From: Catajapyx aquilonaris
Lineage: Eukaryota
Length of the DNA stretch: 64,000 nt
Direction of reading: 5' to 3'
NCBI GenBank assembly: GCA_000934665.2
Contig: KZ538177.1
Coordinates: 1-64,000 of the forward strand
How positions within the stretch are numbered: position 1 is the stretch's first letter; the number at the start of each line of letters is the position of its first letter. The notes under the pieces were generated by a model, which saw only the letters and a list, made by a program, of their open reading frames with translations, made no database searches and had not been told where the DNA came from. Below are positions 1-11,683 of this stretch, in pieces. The translations under genes and the position numbers were made by a program.

Positions 1-1629
1 GCGGGAGGTTGTCTGTCTTTTGCGGTTGAGGGGCGGTTGTGGGGTCTGAGAGGGTTCTCGTTTCTTTATTTTCCATGATTAGTCATAAGATTGTTTGCGG
101 TTTTTATTGGGCTGTTGGTGTGTGTGGGTAGGAGGTTTGGTCCCCCTGGGCGCTGGCCCAGGGGGGCTTGGGCTAATGCTGGTTCCGGGGGCCTGGGGCT
201 TCGGCTCCGGTTCTTCCTTGGGACAATATTGACTTGGAACGTTTCGTATGCCCCGGCCCCAGACTGTATGGATCTGGGAGCCGGACATTGTTGGTTTGTT
301 GCCCACAGGTGGTAAGGCCTCTTTGGCTAATTACACCTGCAATTCCTTTTATCTAAGCAGGAGGAGGCTTCGGCGGCGAGCATGTGGGCGCTAGAGAGGG
401 TCGGCCTCGACCCGTCAACGACAATGTCGGCGGACGCGCTGTTGGTGGCCCTGCGCCAGCGGGACAGGGCACCATTGTAGAGGATGGCCACGGATGAGGG
501 GACTGGTGACGACGCTGCCGATGGAGATGCTGCGGAGGCTGGAGGTGGCGGCACCTTTGGTGACGAGTGAGGTGTACGTGTCCGGTTGACGATAACGACG
601 GTGGTGGCATCTGTGGGTGGCTTATGGCAATAACGGCGGTGGAGGTGTTGGTGGACGTTCGACGATGCACGTGACGTGCAGGAGGAGGTTGAACTCATGG
701 GCAGGATAATTTTCCTTGATTTTTTTTTGTTTGAGGGGGGGGGGGGGGCCNGGGGGGGGCACTGTCACAGGCCGTGACATGGCAACAGTGTATAGTCCCC
801 CAGCCCGCTTGGGCTGGGGGTGGTGAAGGGAAGTGGAATAAAACACTTGGAGTTACAACCTTGTTCTGGTCACTTGTGGTTTCGGGGGGCTCTCCCCCTT
901 TGCATTGCAGGCCGTAGGTGAGTACTCCAGGTCAGGAGGGCTTGTAGCCCGACATCCAGGGACGTCAATGACGTCGGGATGTGACAAGTTACTTATTAAT
1001 CCAGTGTCTTTTTCTTGTATCCATTGACCTCAACTTCCAGAAGGTACAGTAAAACGGAGGGAATCCTAGACCAAGAAAACAGGAAAGGTGTTACGAGAGG
1101 CTTGACTGTGACACCTGATCTCTTGAATCCTACCAACGCACATTGTAGTATTTGGCCTCAAAAGCTGGTCAAAATGTGATTTTTTTAAAAATGTTACTGA
1201 TTCAAAAAAATTTCGTTTCCTGAAACAGATGAATGAAGAGGCTATTATGACATGCAGTTGTACTTCTCATAGGTGTAACCCTTCGTCCGCACCAGCAGTT
1301 GAAAGTTGATGACAGTTCGCGTAGTATTTAGCTAATTTTAAGCGCAATTTACGGCGCGACACATTCATTAGTGTTGTTTTCAGTTATGCAAAATATTTGT
1401 GAACTGTTCCAATATTGAAGCTTCAGAAGAAGGTACTGTATATGTACTTCATTTTAAAAAGTTTCGTACAATAACATGACTCGTCTATAAATAATTATTA
1501 GTCCTCGAAATTATGCAATAATTTGTCGACTTTTTTCGCCAAATGTGAAATATTCAAACATGATTAAGTTATACTTCCGAAGCCTTCCGAGCTGTGTTAT
1601 TAATGACATTTTGAAGAGTCAGCCTTCTA

Positions 1630-2289
1630 CAGGGTGATTCTCTCGAATGGAAACCCAAACATTCCTCAATAACTTTTTAACTATGGTATGGTTCCCGATG
1701 AAAATTGATACTTACCTTGTACAATGCCAAACAAGGTCCGACTAAAGAATATACCAAAAGTGTTCCCCTCCAGCATCCAAGCATTTTTAAATGCGAGTCT
1801 GCATATAGCCGAAGACTCCTGCCTACTGGTGGCGGGCATTGCCTCCATCTTCCGCCAGCCCAGCGCCGTAGGGGGGTTCACACCTAGCTGACGGTAGCAT
1901 ACGAACCGAACGAAACGAAATAGTGGACCAATCAGAGCCCACTTGAGGATGACTAAAAGTGACTTTCACTTTTGGGCTCTGATTGGTCCACTATTTGGTT
2001 TCGTTCGTTTCGTATGCTACCGTCAGCTTGTTGTGAACCCCCCTACGGCGCTTGGCTTGCGGGAGATGGAGGCAATGCCCGCCGCCAGATCAGCAGGAGT
2101 CTTCGGCTATATGCAGACTCGCATTTAAAAATTCTTGGATGCTGGAGGGTACCACTTTTGGTATATTCTTTAGTCGGACCTTGTTTGGCATTGTACAAGG
2201 TAAGTACAAGTCAATTTTCATCGGGAACCATGCCATAGTTAAAAAGTTATTGAGGAATGTTTGGGTTTCCATTCGAGAGAATCACCCTG
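1630..2289. mobile_element. Foldback MITE, Tc1/mariner-type (TA TSD)
   Basis: Termini are TA|CAGGGTGATTCTCTCGAATGG ... CCATTCGAGAGAATCACCCTG|TA. The ~310-bp arms (1630-1941 and 1972-2289) are near-perfect reverse complements around a ~30-bp spacer. Confidence 0.9.
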
Positions 2290-2513
2290 TATTTCATAGC
2301 TATAAAAGAATATGGCGCGCCTTTTCGCGCCATTTCATTCCCCACCCCCATTTTTCTCCTGTGCTGTTAACGTAAATTTTTGCACCTCTTTTTCCCGATT
2401 TTTTTTTTTTTCCTCTTTCAACTAGTGTCATCAGGTGTCAAAGTCATGGTATGGAGACAATTATACTACTTGATACAACAGTAACAAGGCCTAGATGTCA
2501 ACAAAAAGCTTGA

Positions 2514-2517
<4 letters not shown>

Positions 2518-2568
<51 letters not shown>

Positions 2569-2846
2569 TCATACCCCGTTATCAGCCTATCGGCTCTTTA
2601 GGGGGGAAGTTTTTTTTTGTTTTGCCTGGAACTCTTTGCTTTCATTATACTGCGCTTTTTGGGATAGGATAGGGACGGAAGAAGCGGCTGTGGCCTATTA
2701 ATTACGAAAGCAACTCCGTAATTTTCCTGGAAGGACCGTGGGAAACCACAGAAAACCACGGTCAGAGTTGCCGGCCCCGGGATTTGATCCCAGGACCTCC
2801 CGATTAGCAGTCGGACGCCTTATCCACTATGCCAACCTGCTTCGGT
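2518..2846 (-). mobile_element. tRNA-derived SINE (Talua-like core) with (TTA)n tail
   Basis: Minus strand has A-box TGGCATAGTGG and B-box-like GGATCAAATCC. The core GAAGAAGCGGCTGTGGCCTA..CCTGGAAGGACCGTGGGAAACCAC resembles termite/cockroach SINEs as recalled. The (AAT)n at 2518-2567 is the tail. TSD AAAAGCTTGA(A/G)TAT at 2504-2517 and 2847-2860. Confidence 0.88.
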
Positions 2847-5800
2847 AAAAGCTTGAGTATCTAGAAAACGATTGCTATAATCACTGGGCAACAAATTTTG
2901 ACAAAAGTCAAACTTCTAAGATTAAAGCAGACATTTATTAAAGATTTCAATGTGCTGATCATGAATATGACAATGAAAATCCAAAATTGGCTACGATTCC
3001 TGAGAAATCCGCAATAGTTTCTCATAAAATGGAGTAATTCGTACATATGGCTTGTACTAGTAAAGGTCCGCTTATACTGCCTGCGTTTTTGTCACCAAAA
3101 ACTACTTTACTTCCCCTATTACTTCGTAAATTAATGAATCAGAGCATTTTAGAAGCGAAAACCTACAGAAATAGTTTTGGCCAACATTTCGACCCAAATA
3201 CCCCACTGTGCAACGACCAAAAGATGAGTTTTTGTATGGATATGTTATAGCCCTTTTACATCGCCTCGCTGGGGTACCCCCAAAATGACCGGGAAGTCCT
3301 TGCAGGAGCCAACAAAGGATTCTTTTATGTGTATGACAGGCCATCAAACACTGTTGGTGAGTTCAACAAACATGCCGTAAGATTTGCCATGTTTAAAAAT
3401 AACTGAGTGATAAATATCCAGAAATGTCGGATGTATTTTCCATGTTAATCAAACTGAAGCCTCTGGCCACATGATATCTCGTATATTTTGATACAGATTT
3501 CAAAGGCGAAAAGTAATTAATTCTTGCAACTGAGATGGAAACAATTTCGGAAAGCCTATTAAACCAACCTGTTGGTGTCACTTCATTCGTGATGTTGACA
3601 ATTATTATATTAAGACTAGTTCCTTCCCAAGGTTGATAACATGCCACTTGTTGCAGTCACTCATGGAAGGGATGCCAGTCTGATGCTGCCAGAGCTCAGG
3701 AGGCCAGCAACTGTGTCAGAGGACCAGGTAAACCGAAGCACAACAACTGACAGCTCCTGTCGCCGCCGAGCTGCAAGACTCTGCAATCATTGCACTCTCT
3801 GGAGAGATTCTCAATGATACTCTTCCGGTCACAGAATCAGACGAACAAAGTCTGTTGGTGACGTCAAGACCTTACAGAAAGACACATTATTGTAGTACAG
3901 TAATTATGTTCATTCATTATTATTACATTTTAACACTTCCAGCACAGAATAACCCTGCTGAAAATGTAGAAGCTCTCCATACCATTCAATCCCTGCTGCC
4001 TCTAATGCTCTTCACCCTGTTAATAATTTCATTGCGACTTTGACTGCCGGAGCAAGTAATTGATTAATAGTGAATGAACTGAATAACTGGTGCACCAGGT
4101 GGACTTTCACGACTTCCCTTCCTTCTTGTACTATCAGGAAGCATTTAGTTGAACAGCAGCAACACATCGTCAGATTAAATAACATCACAGCAGAAAATAA
4201 TGGAAACTAAGCAACATGGGGTGGGGTGACCATGTAATTCCCATCGAAACGTTCGTCAGGATATACCGGTATCGATTCAGCAGAGAGGTATCGAAAGGAG
4301 GATCCTGACTTTGAATGACAGAGTCGCATCTATGGAGACCCGATTTCACACCCTCGAAGGTGCTGTGTCCCACTTGCGGGCAGGAGGCCATCAGATGGTG
4401 GATCATGGCACGCAGACAATTCCGGATGGCGCCTGAAGCAAGGAGCTGGTGGGCCAGAAGAACAGTCGAATGCTGCATTATTTTTATGCCCACGAAATAC
4501 ACTATTATATGTAAGACTATGTCAGATTCTCTAATGAGTTCAAATACGACCCCAATATGCAGTAGGAATACTGCGCTACTGATCACATAATGTAGTAGTC
4601 TCTCATGTATTAGCCATACACAACTCTCTTCTGAAGACTTCACATAAGTAGATGCATAATATCGAAATATATTCCCAAAGAAGCAGTTCCTAAGTAATAA
4701 TACGACGAAAACCACAATATCAATCTCATTGGTAGCTCAGAAACCAAATGAGATATGTAAAATATACGAGTAAAAATTATTATTAGCAATCCGTAACAAT
4801 CCTTGTTGAAGTCTCGGATGAGTGCAGATAATGGCTCACTGCGACACGCAGATCGAACGATAGAAATACTAGTATGTTTGTTGAAGGAGGAATCGCAAAG
4901 GAATAGCAAAGGAAAGCAGGTCCTGACGCGGTCGGCTCCGGCGAGTCCAAACCACTTTGCCAACAGGACGTATTGCGAGCAAGCAGCCTTAAGCTGGTTG
5001 AGTCATGATGGCAGGGGAACCAGAATGTATTCCATGGAACAGTAAATAGTAAAGGCTTTTGCATAACTACAGCACATTTCACACCGAATGAGACTTTAAC
5101 TAAAGTGTGACTGTTTTCCATTTCATATCTTTATACTGGTGCATTACACAATATTCACAAACCACAGGTTGGCACAGCAAACCACTGCTTCTTCAATGAT
5201 TAGTAATTAATTAATTTCACCGACATCTGACACCTCCTAGCAATCTAACCTCTACTAGTCACGCGCAATTCAGAGCAACATTCGTGTGATGTACAAACAG
5301 AGACACGTCGCGACGTGCCTTGTAACGTTCTGTGAAAAAAAGAAATCCCGGTAAATGGATGTGAAATACACTGCAGCATGCCATTCAAAGTGATGACTTG
5401 TCCACTCATCAAACTAATTTATTGTGTGCCTTCTTTTTAAAGGGCAGGATGGCCGTATAATTATCGTGGCTCTGTCGCTGACGGTTCTGTTCCCAAGTGA
5501 ATGACAACACACTGAGGTCACCCTGCTAGGTGAGTATACACTATCCGTGAATGTGAATTATGACTGAGTTACGCACTGGCGTACAGTGCCTCTGTAATGA
5601 TATGTATCGCATGGTGGCTTGGGGACATCCGGCAGCAGCTGCCACCATCCGGAGGGAGGCCACAAAATGGCAAGATGAATAAGCCTAGTTAAAAGAATTA
5701 GGGGATCGGAGGTTGTAAATATTAAAAATTGGTCAAAAACAACATTCTACATATAATAATAGCCTTGTCCCTCTGGAACGCACAGGAAGTAGGCCATTGC

Positions 5801-5880
5801 TAGGAGACACCCAAATCAACACAGGGAGTAGGCCAGTAATGCCTCTCATTATTTACGTGTATCCGTGGATTATTACGTGT

Positions 5881-6170
5881 ATCGGAGGCGATTTCAGACA
5901 GACACTACCAGTCATTCCTAGAGGTAGTCGAGCGGATGTCATCGAAAGTTGCATCAAATACAGCCCACTCTGGAAAGTCTTCGCTCACATCGCCCTTACC
6001 AACAACATGCCTGAAACGCCTCCAGTTCCCCATCATGCCAGCATATGCCATGACAATTAGCAAATCACAGGGCCAGACATTTGAGCACGTGGGAATTTAC
6101 CTGCAAGAACCTGTGTTCTCACATGGACAGCTGCATGTTTCACTATCCAGATCAAAAAACCCAAAACACC
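5881..6170 (+). pseudogene. Helitron Pif1-like helicase relic (internally deleted)
   Basis: [35 protein letters not shown] (motif III/IV) is joined out of frame to [45 protein letters not shown] (motifs V/VI) of the Helitron RepHel helicase. Confidence 0.92.
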
Positions 6171-6186
6171 ATTCATGCTGAGTACA

Positions 6187-6481
6187 CAAAGAGTTCTGCT
6201 ATTATATAATATAATACCTAGAGGAGGTACTCCCTATCCTTTTCCATTAGACAGGCTGAGGCAGCCGCCATCTTGTTGGAGGTCATATTGTTGTTCTAAC
6301 AGTTGTCTAGCAACTGGGACAACAACCAATAATGACAACTGGGCGACAATTAAGTAGTTCAAATAATGTCAGGCGTCCGCCATCTTGTTGGAGGTCATAT
6401 TGTTGCCTGCATTGTTGCCTGCCTCACATTTCAGGCCGAGTACCTCCTCTAGGTGTATATATAATATAGCAGAACTCTTTG
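6187..6481. mobile_element. MITE with ~45-bp TIRs, probably P-element superfamily
   Basis: CAAAGAGTTCTGCTA..CCTAGAGGAGGTACTC / GAGTACCTCCTCTAGG..TAGCAGAACTCTTTG. Flanked by (C/G)TGAGTACA direct repeats (8-9 bp). Internal 29-bp direct repeat CCGCCATCTTGTTGGAGGTCATATTGTTG. Confidence 0.75.
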
Positions 6482-6992
6482 GTGAGTACATCATCGTCCA
6501 AGTGGAAACCTTGGATATGTCATAACACTGTGTATTTATATTGTTTGAAATTCTTTGCAAACAAAAAGAACTACATTCCCTCCACCTCATCATTAATCTT
6601 TTTAACACCTCAACTTTTCATCAAAACCAAGAAAATTTATGTGAGTATTTCTTCCGCCTTTCTAATATATAAAATTTTCACTCATGTAAATAAAATATTC
6701 TATCTATATACAATAATAAATAGCCCATCACATGAGAATCCAAAACACCACGTATGCTGTGTGCATGGACACAGTCGAAACTTTGTAAACGTGACAACAC
6801 TGAGGATTTACATTGTTTGACGTTCTTTGCACACCTAGAAAACTAGACTTCCTCCTTCATGTCATCAGAAATCCTGACACATCAATCCCTCATCATCAAA
6901 TACAATAAACTTTTATGTGAGTATTCTTTCTACATCTACAAACATATTCTAATTTAAATCATTCCACAGATCATGCCAAGAATTAAGCAGCC

Positions 6993-8034
6993 GGCTTATG
7001 TCAAGTATACGGGACATTCCCCGAATCAATTTGGAAACAGTACCTGCGGCTTGCTGACCCTTTGAATCGTGGTTTTGCTTCTGGGGTTGAAGTCCGAGAA
7101 GTGACCAGGGACCCCGCAATTAATTCCTCAAGTTGGACCAGAATACAGATGGAATCATTGTTTCTCTCAGTTCGAATCGTAAGTTGCTGGGTTACGGAGA
7201 AACACTCCAGCTCAAGAAAGCGTTAGGCAACAATGAAAATCTGGAGAGTTTATCGTTTATCCGCATCTAGAGACGCGGCGCGGCGGGGTCGGGAGTGCTG
7301 GGCAGGAGGTGGCAAATTTAAATGCTACGATGGTTGCTGCAGAACGACATGAGGTCACACCAGCCGTGTTTTCTGAGCATGAGCAGTAGTATGTCTGCAG
7401 AGTGAGTCGTGGACATGATTGGAGGGGAGAGTAGGGTGGATGCGGGCGGATTGTGACGTCGCTTGTCATTAGTTGGTTTAACAAACTCTGTGGAGGTAAA
7501 TTTCGCGCTTGACAAAGCCACAATAACGTGCGTTGGCCTGCGGCGCACAATAACGTTCGTTGGCCTGCGGCGCACAATGAGGACCGCATATTGCAGGCGG
7601 ATACAGAAACCCACAATAAGCGCCCAGCTCCGCTATCGCTCCGCAAAAACTAAAAATATCACGCACAGGCGACGTACCGTGCCTGGCAGGGCCACAACAA
7701 TGTACAGTACTGTTGCGGTTACAAAAAGCCATACAGCATCACCCAGACAAAGGGCTATTCCATGCTATAATCACCACAAAATCTGTACCGATCTGTATTA
7801 ATTTAGAAGAGGCTATTCGTAACCCAGCAACTTACGATTCGAACTGAGACATAACAATTAGAATGACAATGACACCATCTGTATTCTGGTCCAACTTGAG
7901 GAATTAATTGCGGGGTCCCTGGTCACTTCCCGGACTTCAACCCCAGAAGCAAAACAACGATTCAAAGGGTCAGCAAGCCGCAGGTACTGTTTCCTAATTG
8001 ATTCGGGGAATGTCCCGTATACTTGACTTCAGCC
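6993..8034. mobile_element. Non-autonomous DNA element with ~205-220-bp terminal inverted arms
   Basis: Arms 6993-7197 and ~7816-8034 are reverse complements (GGC..GTCAAGTATACGGGACATTCCCCGAATC...). Internal 27-bp tandem repeat at ~7519-7580. No clear TSD, so the superfamily is unassigned. Confidence 0.8.
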
Positions 8035-8817
8035 AGAGGTTATCTTAAGAGAGAAAGAGAGCTATCCCAGTACATCGCTAGGATCCCAATTACAATAGCA
8101 AATGAATATGTGGCAGAGATTTGGAGGATACTGTGTGCACGGTTGGAGGAATGTTTCAACATAAGCTGTGCATTACATCCCAATTGCACTGAGATTGTGA
8201 GAAAATGATATATTCATCTCTCAGCTAACTGGTACAGTCAATTTATATACAGTCTACACGTCATGAGGGACTTGGAAGTTCTTGAAGATATCAGCGACAG
8301 AGTGACACATGAAGGAAGTCTCATAAGTCCCTATTCTATCCCACCACTTGGAAAGCTAAGATCAATGGAAATCTCCCCTTTCATTGCCCAAGACATCCGT
8401 TTCCCTATATCCCGCAATATCCCAATTGTTTTAACATTGTTGCTTGCATTGTTGTTTGAAATAAAATGAGTATTTGCCACATGTTTTCATTCCCATTGTC
8501 ATCCTGATAGTATTATGTTTTGCCAAATTTTGGCTACGGGTCCACTAGTAGTAAACATAGTAGTCGAATTTCCATGGGACCTAAAAACTTCGAGTTATCG
8601 AAGATTTGAGTTAGAGAAGTTCGCATTTCATAAAGCACAGAACTCTATATCTGGCGACGAAAGGTGTTCAAAATTTAAAAATAGTTGTCACTATATCACA
8701 CTTACAATGTTCGTCGTTGTTTTGCTGTAAAAAAAAACACCTGAAATGATACTGAACCATGTGGCAAAAACTAAATAACAAGTCAATTCCATTGGGGGGG
8801 GGGAGGGGGGCGAACTA

Positions 8818-9188
8818 CACTGATGTTGGGCAAGTATTGTATTAGGGCATCATTTTGTTACTTATCCTACGCATCGCCATGCTGAATTCCAGCCATTACG
8901 TTTCCAATTTGATTGTTGAACTGACTCAGCGATACTGTTTGCTCGAACAGTATGCCGTATTCATCTCAGGCTGAAAGGGGGATGATAGCCGCTTACCATG
9001 AGGAAGGGTTGAGTCCTGCACAGATAGCGCAGCGACCAGGCATATCTCTCAGCATCCGATCCATTCAAAGATGGATTAAGAGGTATGAGGAGGAGAAGGC
9101 CATGGAGGGATTGAAAACACGTGACATCCCTGGGCGACCCCGTGTAAGCACGGAAGATCAAGACGATCAGTCTCGTAAGGGCAAGTGA
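8818..9188 (+). mobile_element. Tc1-like transposon 5' fragment (paired-like HTH)
   Basis: ORF 8952-9188 ERGMIAAYHEEGLSPAQIAQR..SIRSIQRWIKRYEE..GRPRVST is a Tc1 HTH plus the GRPR motif. Putative TA|CACTG terminus at 8816-8822. The DDE domain is missing. Confidence 0.8.
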
Positions 9189-10031
9189 AAGAGGCGTCAC
9201 AAGCAATTAGACCCAGGTGCTGTAATTTTGTCTCTTTGCATGGCATTGTTGCAGAAATTTCGCATCAGCAGCAGGATCATCTTTGACATACCAGAAGTTT
9301 GATAACTAAATTAATACCTATCACATATGACGGAACAACATGGATTGTTTGATTCCTCAGATATAAATTGTAAACCGCCATGATGTCACAACACTGTCCA
9401 AGGGGATCGAGAGAGGAATAATATAATTCCAGAGGAACAGGTGGAACCTACCATAGACTGCGACCTGCCACGCTTTACCGCCACAAGAACAGATGACATT
9501 GGGTACGACAATCGGATGAATCTCGTCAGCATCACTCTTTGAAATAAATGTGATATCGTTACACCTATATACTGCAGAATCCCTCAGTTCAGGGTACTTA
9601 TTACTATATTATGTACTGTACTGCAAAAGGTGTCAAATAAACGGGCTGAACAAAAATATATAGCAGACGGTGCAGGACTGGTACAACATATTTAGTAATT
9701 CGCCAATAGTTCATTACAACCAGGACACATGCCCAGAAAATACTATCCTCATGCCAACTGTGGAGCACACCTTGGCGCAGCTTCATTGGAGGCTAACTGG
9801 TAGCTAAGGTTCTGTCATGCATGTGACACCCAAGATAGTAATGGATTGATTGATTGATTGCCAAGCCGAGTATAACGTGAATAACATTAGCGTCATTATA
9901 TGATTGTTTCACAGTCAGTACGATGACATAAACCATAAGTAATCATTTGGACGACTTTTAAAAATGCTAGTCTCTCAGAGCCGGAAGAGGCCGGGCCTGT
10001 GTATCATGTAAAAGCGTAATGTCAGACAAGG

Positions 10032-10098
10032 TTTTTATTTATTTATTTTTATTTAAGTTACCCAGTGATAGGACCTTAGGTCCTTTTAGGGGGGGTGG
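10032..10098 (-). mobile_element. Non-LTR retroposon 3' tail (stem-loop plus A-rich tail)
   Basis: Minus strand reads CCCCCCC-TAAA-AGGACC-TAA-GGTCCT-ATCAC-TGGG-TAAC then (TAAA)n. Same architecture as the SINE tails at 2570-2606 and 50080-50147. Confidence 0.55.
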
Positions 10099-11516
10099 AA
10101 CACCACCATTCCTTCAATTTTCTATGGGTTTATCTTCATTCACCGTGCAGGGATACAGGGCAGCAAAAAGGAGGAGGGAGACACTACCAGCCATCGCCAA
10201 TACGGATTCGGACATAATCGAAATAATGGCCGACTTCGACAGGGTATGGATGGACATTCACATACCCGACCCCCCAGTGTCCCCTCTCCCCCGCACTCCA
10301 CCTCGTGAACAGTGAATAATTATAGTGAACGGACCCATTTCCAGTGTTTGTGTCGTGTTAAAAGGAGCAAAAACCCGTTCGGGGTCATTGCTCTTTCTAG
10401 TAAAAGGGGAGCAATGTAAAGACTTAAACCCCCCCCCCCCCCCTTTCCATTTTTGTATTGTAGTTAAGATATTTCACCCGTCTCATTACTTCTTTGTTTG
10501 AATCCACCGCCCCACTCCACTTTGTGTTTGAACCCACCGCCCCGCTTCATCTGGCAACCCCACATCACAACTCCCCCCTCTTTACTCCCCCATACATCAA
10601 AACCCCTAAGGGTGGGGATTTTTGAGGAGGGAACATGGGTGCAGGTGCAATGACTGAAAGGGGGTCATGTGCAATGCCAGACAAAGTTGTGAAAGTGACA
10701 TCAAATCAAGAAATGGCAGACATTGACACTCTTTCGCACACTGAAACCGATGGCAAAGATCAAGATCAATGCAATGTCAAAGAATGACCAATGTAACACA
10801 ATAATCCTGAGTGCAGTTTGCCTTCATGTGATATTACACACCGCTCACTGGGCATATTCTTCTCAAAGTTAATTAGAGGAATTAAAAGTCTAACCTCCGC
10901 CAAGGAGATGTTAAAACCATATCCATCAATCACACCTTGTGGAACTTTTATCATGCTGTCGTCAACTCTATATCTTGAGGACAATAAATTACTGTCAGTA
11001 GCCTACTCTAAACGCACTCATTACTTATGAATGCATCTGTGTTTGGATAAGGAGTCATAATGCTGCCTTTCATCATAAAATGCACAAAAGGCAATGCAAA
11101 AGAAAAAAAATACTTTCAGCCACTATCTGTTATAGGAATGTAATTAGGAACTGCCTCTATTAACAACATGTATATTTATCTGATACTTAGACATTGTCAC
11201 ACAATACATCATTTTAGCCAGCAGTTAAAACCAGCAGGAAGTCTCTCATCCATAGGGTCAAAACAGAAGTTTCGTAAGAATAATCCCTGGATTCCTTTTC
11301 AGATTCCAAAGTGCAAAGGTATTAAAATTCAGCTAAATTACCTTACCACATCAGTACAACGGCAGACTGTGTGTGAAAAGATGCAATTTCACTGAAGCAG
11401 TACTGCTGGCATTCACCAAGACTTAAGAGCATGATATCCTGGAGTGTAAAATGTGACGCAATCCCTGAAACTTACAAATAATTGTTGATACACATCAGGG
11501 AAAGTTACCCCAGTAA

Positions 11517-11683
11517 GCATCTTGATGCTGGAAGGCGTAGCACATTTCCAGATAGAGGGTCATCCACATGAGTACGATTATAGTCGCATAGTAAACTCTA
11601 TTTGTTTACTATGCGACTATAATCGTACTCATGTGGATGACCCTCTATCTGGAAATGTGCTACGCCTTCCAGCATCAAGATGC
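11517..11683. repeat. Perfect palindrome, 80-bp arms, 7-nt loop
   Basis: 11517-11596 is the exact reverse complement of 11604-11683. Confidence 0.95.

Larger units (their letters stand above)
5881..8548 (+). mobile_element. Decayed Helitron (3' part) with nested insertions
   Basis: Helicase relic at the left. A canonical 3' end at the right: hairpin GCCAAATTTTGGC (8522-8534), a 10-nt spacer, CTAG (8545-8548) and then T. The 5' end was not located. That both belong to one element is inferred. Confidence 0.6.

Noticed and set aside
852..991. Hammerhead ribozyme on the minus strand (CUGAC...GAAAC)
   Set aside because: The core is not CUGANGA and stem III with an NUH site cannot be formed.
7519..7580. 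27-bp repeats as a CRISPR array
   Set aside because: The repeats are head-to-tail with no unique spacers, there are no cas genes, and the context is eukaryotic.
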